64,000 nucleotides of DNA from positions 768,001 to 832,000 of the forward strand of contig OZ241322.1 in NCBI GenBank assembly GCA_965199715.1. Reading direction: 5' to 3'. The translations under genes and the position numbers were made by a program. The first letter of the stretch is position 1; every line of letters begins with the position of its first letter. Shown piece after piece: positions 58,177-64,000 of this stretch. The DNA is from Vicinamibacteria bacterium. Its GTDB lineage: Bacteria > Acidobacteriota > Vicinamibacteria > Marinacidobacterales > Marinacidobacteraceae. The notes under the pieces were generated by a model. The model saw only the letters and a program-made list of their open reading frames with translations. It ran no database searches and had not been told where the DNA came from.

Positions 58177-58911
58177 CTAGAGCGCGAGACCTCCGTGGAT
58201 CTCGAGTACGGAACCGGTGACGTAGCTGGCCGCCGGGGAGGCGAGGAACGCGGCGGCCGCCGCCACCTCGTCGGGCGTACCGTAGCGCCGCATCGCGATC
58301 CGCTTCACCGCCTCGGTCCGCGCCGCCTCGGGAAGGCCGTCGGTCATGGCGGTCCGGATGAATCCCGGCGCGATGGCGTTCACGGTGACGTTGCGCCGCG
58401 CCACTTCCTTCGCGAGCGCCCGGGTGAAGCCGATGATTCCGGCCTTGGACGCGGTGTACGCGGTCTGGCCGGCGTTGCCCCGAAGCGCCACGATCGAGCT
58501 CAGGTTCACGATGCGCCCGTAGCGGGCGCGGATCATGGGCCGGATCGCGGCCCGACAGGCGACGTAGAGCCCGTCGAGGTTCGCGCCCAGCACGGCGCGC
58601 CAGGCCTCGAACGACTGCGAGGCGAGAAGGCCGTCGCGGGTGATCCCCGCGTTGTTCACGAGGACCTGGAGCCCGCCGCCGTCGGCGACGACCTGGCCGA
58701 CGGCCGCCTGGACCGACTCCGGATCGGCGAGGTCCATGCCGATCCCGTGGACCTCGCCGTCCATTTCTTCGGCGACGACGGCGGCGCGCTCGGCGTCCGT
58801 GCCGGTGAGCCACACGCGGGCGCCGGCCCCGGCGAGGCGCTCGGCGACGGCGCGGCCGATGCCGCGGGTTCCCCCGGTGACGAGGGCGATCTGGCCTTCG
58901 ATTCCGCTCAT
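58177..58911 (-). CDS. fabG: 3-oxoacyl-ACP reductase
   Basis: TGGTRGIG, NNAGITRD, GNAGQTAYTASK and APGFI motifs; fab operon context. Confidence 0.94.
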   Translation of the reverse strand: MSGIEGQIALVTGGTRGIGRAVAERLAGAGARVWLTGTDAERAAVVAEEMDGEVHGIGMDLADPESVQAAVGQVVADGGGLQVLVNNAGITRDGLLASQSFEAWRAVLGANLDGLYVACRAAIRPMIRARYGRIVNLSSIVALRGNAGQTAYTASKAGIIGFTRALAKEVARRNVTVNAIAPGFIRTAMTDGLPEAARTEAVKRIAMRRYGTPDEVAAAAAFLASPAASYVTGSVLEIHGGLAL

Positions 58912-59840
58912 GCGGCGAAACGCTCCAGATCCTCGGGAGCGGCGACCGCGAAGCGATCCACTCCGCGCATCGCCCGCCGGGCGAGTCCGGTGAGCACCTT
59001 CCCCTCGCCGACCTCCACGACGGACGTGACGCCGGCCTCGACGAGCCCGCGCTGGATCTCCTCCCAGCGAACCGGGGCCTCCACCTGGCGCTTCAGGCCG
59101 TCCCGGACCGCCTCCGCGTCCCGCACCGGCGCGGCGTCCGCGTTGTTCCACAGCGGAACCGAGAGATCCCGGAAGTCGGCCGCGTCGAGATGCGGCGCGA
59201 GCCCGGCCGCGGCGGGGGCCATGAGGCGAGTGTGGAAGGGGGCGCTCACCGGGAGCCGCACCGTGCGCCGCGCGCCGGCGTCGCGCAGGCGCGCCTCGGC
59301 GGCCTCGACCGGCGCGACCTCGCCGCCGATCACGACCTGGCCGGCGCCGTTGAAGTTGGCCGGCTCGACCACCCCGCCCATCTCCGCCTCGACCTCGCGG
59401 AGGATCCGGACGACTTCCCCGGCGTCGAGGCCGAGCACCGCCGCCATCGCGCCCGTGCCCTCGGGGGCGGCCGCCTGCATCAGGTCACCGCGCATCCGGG
59501 TGAGGCGCAGCGCGTCGGCGAAGCGCAGCCCGCCCGCCGCGACCACCGCGCTGTACTCGCCGAGGCTGTGCCCGGCCACCGCGTCGAAACTCGCCGCGCC
59601 GCGCGCCTGAAGCGCCCGGAGCGCGGCGACGCTGACCGTGAGCAGCGCCGGCTGGCTGTTTCGGGTGCGGGTCAGCTCCTCCGCCGATCCCTCGAACACG
59701 AGCTGCGCGAACGGCTCGCCCAATACGTCGTCCGCTTCCTCGAACACGTGGCGCGCCTCGGGGAAGGCGTCGTGGAGGGCGCGCCCCATTCCCGGCCGCT
59801 GGGAGCCCTGGCCCGGAAAGACGAAGGCGATCCGGCTCAA
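58908..59840 (-). CDS. fabD: Malonyl-CoA:ACP transacylase
   Basis: FPGQGSQ, GHSLGEY and VSAPFH motifs. TTG start overlaps the rpmF stop. Confidence 0.95.
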   Translation of the reverse strand: MSRIAFVFPGQGSQRPGMGRALHDAFPEARHVFEEADDVLGEPFAQLVFEGSAEELTRTRNSQPALLTVSVAALRALQARGAASFDAVAGHSLGEYSAVVAAGGLRFADALRLTRMRGDLMQAAAPEGTGAMAAVLGLDAGEVVRILREVEAEMGGVVEPANFNGAGQVVIGGEVAPVEAAEARLRDAGARRTVRLPVSAPFHTRLMAPAAAGLAPHLDAADFRDLSVPLWNNADAAPVRDAEAVRDGLKRQVEAPVRWEEIQRGLVEAGVTSVVEVGEGKVLTGLARRAMRGVDRFAVAAPEDLERFAA

Positions 59841-60022
59841 GATGCGCTGTTGCCCTCGACCGCCTTGCGGCCCCGGTAGGTTCCGCAGTGCGGGCAGACC
59901 ACGTGGGGGCGGATCAGGTTCTGGCAGTCGTTGCACACGGACATGCCGGGAACCGCGAGCCCGTCGTGGGCCCGCCGCATGTTGCGCCGGGAGCGGGAGT
60001 GCCGTCGCTTGGGATGGGGCAT
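59837..60022 (-). CDS. rpmF: 50S ribosomal protein L32 (Zn-ribbon form)
   Basis: MPHPKRRHSRSRRNMRRAH...CNDC...CPHCGTY; AAGGAGG SD. Confidence 0.95.
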   Translation of the reverse strand: MPHPKRRHSRSRRNMRRAHDGLAVPGMSVCNDCQNLIRPHVVCPHCGTYRGRKAVEGNSAS

Positions 60023-60061
60023 CGCTTGAATCCTCCTTGTCTCGAACGGGTCGTCGCCGGC

Positions 60062-60649
60062 TCAGCGCGAGCCGAGCAGTTCCCGGAGGCCGCCGAAGGC
60101 TCCTCCGCCGGAATCCGCCGCGTCGCACCGGCAGCGGGAGTCCAGATTCCGGTTCTCGCCGCAACCGGGGCACAGGCCGCGGCACGCGGACGCGCACAGA
60201 GGCTGGAACGGGAGGGCCAAGTGACTCTGTTCCCAGACGGTTTCGGCGAGTAGCAACCGGTCCCCGGTGAAGAACGAGACGTTCATTTCATCCTCGCCCA
60301 ACCCCTGCTCGCCGCCGGAGCGGCTGCGCGCGGAACCCGATGCGGCGGGATGATAGCCGGAATCCGCGCCTCCCGGCAGGAACACGAGGTCCAGCGGCTC
60401 GGCGATGGCGAAGCGGAACGGCTCGAGACAGCGCACGCACTCGAGCCCCACGTCGCCCTCCAGCTCGCCCACGAGGCGGAAGCCGCCGCCCTGAACCCTT
60501 CCGATGCGGCCCGAGAGCCGCAGCGGCCCGCCCAAGTCGAAGCCCGCCTCGCCGAAGTCGAGGTCGGCCGCCGAGGCGGTGAGGTCGAAGGACAGCCCGT
60601 GCTCCGGGATCTGGGCCGGATCCACGGAAAACCGGGGCCGCTCGGGCAT
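60062..60649 (-). CDS. yceD: YceD/DUF177 metal-binding protein
   Basis: CVRCLEP and PLCASACRGLCPGCGEN motifs; upstream of rpmF. Confidence 0.92.
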   Translation of the reverse strand: MPERPRFSVDPAQIPEHGLSFDLTASAADLDFGEAGFDLGGPLRLSGRIGRVQGGGFRLVGELEGDVGLECVRCLEPFRFAIAEPLDLVFLPGGADSGYHPAASGSARSRSGGEQGLGEDEMNVSFFTGDRLLLAETVWEQSHLALPFQPLCASACRGLCPGCGENRNLDSRCRCDAADSGGGAFGGLRELLGSR

Positions 60650-60706
60650 CGCCAAGCCAGTCTATCCCCGCTCCGCCGGGTTCGCGGGGTTGCATACAAT
60701 CGGCCC

Positions 60707-61660
60707 ATGCGTCAGGTTCTCGGGCTGTTCCTTGTGTCTCTCATGGGATGCGAGGCCGAGGTTCCGCCCGAGCCGGAGCGGCAACCCTGGCAGTGGACCG
60801 AGGCCGAATGGCGGGCGCCCATCGAGGCCGTGCGCGCGGGGCGGCGGCTCGCCCCCGAGTCGTGGCCGGGCGGAGCCAGGGTCGCGGTGACGCTGTCCTT
60901 CGACTTCGACAACGAAACGGTCTCGCTGCGCGACAACGTGACCACGGCGTCGAACCTCTCGCGCGGCCAGTACGGCGCGGTCGCCGGCCTTCCCCGCGTG
61001 CTGGACCTGCTCGAGCGCAAGGAAATTCCGGCCAGCTTCTTCATCCCCGCGGTCAGCGCCCTGATCTACCCCGACGACGTGCGGGCGATCGCCGGCGCCG
61101 GACACGAGATCGGCGTGCACGGCTGGATCCACGAGCGCAACTCGCTGATTCCCGGCGACGTCGAGCGCGAGCTCATCGAGCGGTCCATCGAGACGCTGAC
61201 CGAACTCTCCGGCACGCGACCGGTCGGGATGCGGACCCCGTCGTGGGACTACAGCCCGAACACCCTCCAGATCGTCCGCGATCTCGGGTTCCTGTACGAC
61301 TCCAGCCTGATGGCCGACGACTGGCCCTACGAGATCGTCGCGAACGGCGAACCGACCGGAGTCGTCGAGCTTCCGGTCGAGTGGATCAACGACGACGCCC
61401 CGTACTTCGGCTTCAGCCGCTACGCGGCGATCCGGCCCCACAGCACGCCCGACGACGTGCTTTCGATCTGGCGGGCCGAGTTCGACGTGGCCCACCAGGA
61501 GGGCGGGATGTTCCTGCTGACGATGCACCCGCACGTCATCGGGCACCGCTCCCGCATCGTGATGCTGGAGAAACTGATCGACCACATGAACGCCGTCGGA
61601 GACGTCTGGTACGCGACCCACGAGCAGGTCGCCCGCTACGCGCTCGCGAACAGCCAGTAG
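60707..61660 (+). CDS. Polysaccharide deacetylase family (PuuE/PgdA-like) lipoprotein
   Basis: Lipobox LMGC; SFDFD, HEIGVHGWIHE, RTP, YDSSLM and TMHPH motifs. TACAAT lies 6 nt before ATG 60707. Confidence 0.88.
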   Translation: MRQVLGLFLVSLMGCEAEVPPEPERQPWQWTEAEWRAPIEAVRAGRRLAPESWPGGARVAVTLSFDFDNETVSLRDNVTTASNLSRGQYGAVAGLPRVLDLLERKEIPASFFIPAVSALIYPDDVRAIAGAGHEIGVHGWIHERNSLIPGDVERELIERSIETLTELSGTRPVGMRTPSWDYSPNTLQIVRDLGFLYDSSLMADDWPYEIVANGEPTGVVELPVEWINDDAPYFGFSRYAAIRPHSTPDDVLSIWRAEFDVAHQEGGMFLLTMHPHVIGHRSRIVMLEKLIDHMNAVGDVWYATHEQVARYALANSQ

Positions 61661-61696
61661 AGCGCCCCGGACGCGTTTCCGGGGGAAGGACGCACC

Positions 61697-62983
61697 ATGA
61701 AGCGCATCGCCCTGTCCCTGGCGGGTCTATTCCTGCTTGCGGCGCCGCTCGGCGCCGAGACGACGGCCGACGAGGCCGCGACCATCGCGCTCGAGGCGGA
61801 AATCCGGGGCGAGATCGACTCGCTCCGCGACCGCATCGACGCCCTCGAGGAGATGCTGGTCACGCTCGTCGCGGCCCGCACCCCCGCGCCCGCTGCGCCG
61901 GCGACGGCTCCGGTCACGGCGGCCGCGCCCGCCCAGGACGAGTCGATGGGAGCGGTGCGGACCGGCGGGCAGCCGCTGTCCTTCACCGGCGTGGTGGACA
62001 CCTACTTCACCCAGAACACGAACAGTCCGGCTTCCGGCAACAACGATCTCTACTACACGAACCCGAACGCCCGGGGATTCGGGTTCAACCAGTTGAAGCT
62101 CGAGATGGAGACGACCGGCGACGGGCCGATCGGCTTCCGCAGCGACCTTTGGTTCGGTTCGGGCGCGCGCCTCTTCCGGGACGGGCTCGAGCCGGGGCCG
62201 CTCGCGGACGTGCTCTACCTCCAGCAGGCGTACGGCTACTACCGGGATTCCGGCGGCGGCCAGTTGGACGTGGGTCTGTTCGGCACCGTGGCCGGGCTCG
62301 AGGTCGCGGAGTCGCACCTCAACTGGAACTACAGCCGGGGCATCCTGTGGGCCTGGAACGAGCCGTTCTCGCACCTCGGCGCCAAGTACAGCCGCCCGGT
62401 GTCCGACACGTTCACCGGCGCCGTGCTGCTGGTCAACGGCTTCGACAACGCCTTCGACCAGAACAGCGGGAAGAGCTACGGCCTCCAGGGATCGCTCGCT
62501 CCGAGCGATGCGTTCAACACCACCCTGACGTGGATCCACGGGCCGGAGAACGAGGGGACGACGAGCGGCTGGCAGCGCGACCTGAGCTGGAACGCCTACC
62601 TCGGGATCAGCGACCGGCTGGAGACCATGGTGAACATGGACGCCATTCAGGCGGTCTCCCCGGACGGGGCGACGGCGCTCACGTGGGGACTCGGCGGCTA
62701 TCTCCGGTTCCACCTCAACGACCAGTGGCGGCTCGCCGAGCGGTTCGAGTTCATGAACGACCGCGAGGCCCGCTCCACCGGCGTCGAACAGATGCTCATG
62801 GAGAACACGATCACGCTGGAGTTCCAGCCGATCGCCGACGACGCCCGGATGCTGACCCGCTTCGAGGTGCGGCGCGACTGGTCGGACGTGGACTTCTTCG
62901 ACTGCCCGAGCTGCACCGACGGGCTCTCCAGGTCGCAGACCACGTTCACCATCGGGCTCTCGTGGGTGTTCGGTCCGAAGTAA
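61697..62983 (+). CDS. Outer-membrane beta-barrel porin (BBP2/OmpL-like) with N-terminal coiled coil
   Basis: Signal peptide, coiled-coil segment, LQQAY, GLEVAES..NWNYSRG and EP.SHLG motifs, amphipathic strands with an aromatic C-terminus. Confidence 0.8.
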   Translation: MKRIALSLAGLFLLAAPLGAETTADEAATIALEAEIRGEIDSLRDRIDALEEMLVTLVAARTPAPAAPATAPVTAAAPAQDESMGAVRTGGQPLSFTGVVDTYFTQNTNSPASGNNDLYYTNPNARGFGFNQLKLEMETTGDGPIGFRSDLWFGSGARLFRDGLEPGPLADVLYLQQAYGYYRDSGGGQLDVGLFGTVAGLEVAESHLNWNYSRGILWAWNEPFSHLGAKYSRPVSDTFTGAVLLVNGFDNAFDQNSGKSYGLQGSLAPSDAFNTTLTWIHGPENEGTTSGWQRDLSWNAYLGISDRLETMVNMDAIQAVSPDGATALTWGLGGYLRFHLNDQWRLAERFEFMNDREARSTGVEQMLMENTITLEFQPIADDARMLTRFEVRRDWSDVDFFDCPSCTDGLSRSQTTFTIGLSWVFGPK

Positions 62984-62987
62984 CCGG

Positions 62988-63656
62988 TCACCCGAAGCCG
63001 CCGGTCAGGACATCGGTCACGAACCGGGCCACCTGACCGGCGACCTGCTCACGCACGGCCTCCTGAGTGCGTCCGTCGCGGTGCGCCTTCGCGACGCGGA
63101 AGCCATGGTCGGCCCCGGCGATCCGCACGACGCGCTTCCATTCGTCCCCGACCCGCTCCAGCAAGCCGGGCGGCGCGAACGGATCGCGGCCGCCACTGAG
63201 GAAGAGCGCAGGCGTCCTGATCCCGGGCAGGTGCTCGACTCGGTTCGGCGGAACGTCCGGCTTTCCGGGCGGGCGCAGCGGATAGGCGAGGAAGATCGCA
63301 CCCCGCACCGCAGGCGGCTCGGAGCTGGCGAGGACTTCCGAGACCATCCGCCCGCCGAAGGAGCGTCCGCCGAGAAAGAGCGGAGCCGGCCCGGCCAGTC
63401 CGCGAGCGACCGAAGCGATGCAGCGGGCGGCGACCGCCGGTCGATCCGGTCGGCGGCGTCCCGCCTCGGCGGCGGGCAGGTTGAACCGCACCACGCGGAA
63501 CCCGCTCCGGGCCAGCGCGAGCCCGAGCGCGACGAGTCCCGGGGTCTCCCGGTCGCCGCCCGCGCCGTGGGTGAGCGCGATCCGGGCGGCGGCGGGGCCA
63601 TCCGGCAGGTGCTCGAACGCGCTGATTCCGGCGAGCGCGAACTCGCGTCCGCTCAT
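62988..63656 (-). CDS. Alpha/beta hydrolase (KANL3/Tex30-like)
   Basis: THGAG, GGRSFGGRM, AYPL.PPGK, G.RDPF and ADHGF motifs. ATG overlaps the NYN stop. Confidence 0.87.
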   Translation of the reverse strand: MSGREFALAGISAFEHLPDGPAAARIALTHGAGGDRETPGLVALGLALARSGFRVVRFNLPAAEAGRRRPDRPAVAARCIASVARGLAGPAPLFLGGRSFGGRMVSEVLASSEPPAVRGAIFLAYPLRPPGKPDVPPNRVEHLPGIRTPALFLSGGRDPFAPPGLLERVGDEWKRVVRIAGADHGFRVAKAHRDGRTQEAVREQVAGQVARFVTDVLTGGFG

Positions 63657-64000
63657 TTCCATGCGTCGGGCCTTGTGATGGATGTTCCGGGAATCGGCGA
63701 GGGAAGCTGACAGCGCCTGAGCTGGGCCCGGTGGATGTAGCGGATTCGCGTCGCGACCTCGCGTGACGGAAGCGCGGCCGGCAAGCGCCCGGGACACGCG
63801 ACCGTGATGGGCTTGCGCTCGGCGACCATGCCGATCGGCGTGACGAGATCGGTGTCGTTCGAGATCACGACCGCCTCGTCAAAACGGTCGTTCCAGAGGT
63901 CGTCCAGCAGGTACGCAGCCAGATTGACGTCCGACGCCTTCTCCTCCCGTGTTTGGAATTCGGCGACCAGGGCGTCCGGTGGGAGGGCCGTCCGGTTTGG
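63653..64000 (-). CDS. NYN (LabA/DUF88 PIN-like) domain protein, C-terminal part (starts beyond right edge)
   Basis: Manual translation: REEKASDVNLAAYLLDDLWNDRFDEAVVISNDTDLVTPI. Confidence 0.85.
   Translation of the reverse strand, partial: PNRTALPPDALVAEFQTREEKASDVNLAAYLLDDLWNDRFDEAVVISNDTDLVTPIGMVAERKPITVACPGRLPAALPSREVATRIRYIHRAQLRRCQLPSPIPGTSITRPDAWK

Noticed and set aside
56603-59840. KS/ACP/KR/AT genes as a possible type II polyketide cluster
   Set aside because: The order with rpmF/yceD and the canonical FabF/AcpP sequences indicate primary fatty-acid synthesis; there is no chain-length factor or cyclase.

Overview
This is a very GC-rich, densely packed bacterial chromosome segment from a diderm (lptE, beta-barrel porin, many lipoproteins). 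The gene content suggests a host-associated Acidobacteriota-like organism, but that is inference only. From left to right it holds: (1) an archaeal-style nurA-herA-sbcD(mre11)-sbcC(rad50) DNA end-resection operon that runs off the left edge; (2) a 7-gene catabolic operon containing an unusual aminotransferase with a degenerate half-copy fused to its N-terminus; (3) a putative (thio)hydantoin utilisation region (DUF917, hydantoinase/oxoprolinase, AroM, polar amino-acid ABC transporter, D-carbamoylase, dihydropyrimidinase, OPT transporter); (4) many Na+-coupled transporters, a membrane pyrophosphatase and secreted hydrolases; (5) the housekeeping block yceD-rpmF-fabD-fabG-acpP-fabF-argE-like-mutY-leuS-lptE-holA. 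Toxin-antitoxin and defence relics sit at operon junctions: a hicBA-like pair, Fic, a FitA-like antitoxin, a tandem McrB-N-like domain gene, a collapsed Menshen-like operon and an orphan N6-adenine methyltransferase. The relics appear to erode through short-homology deletions and A/T-to-G/C substitutions. I saw no rRNA, tRNA, CRISPR array, transposase or integrase. All family assignments come from motif recognition, not database searches.
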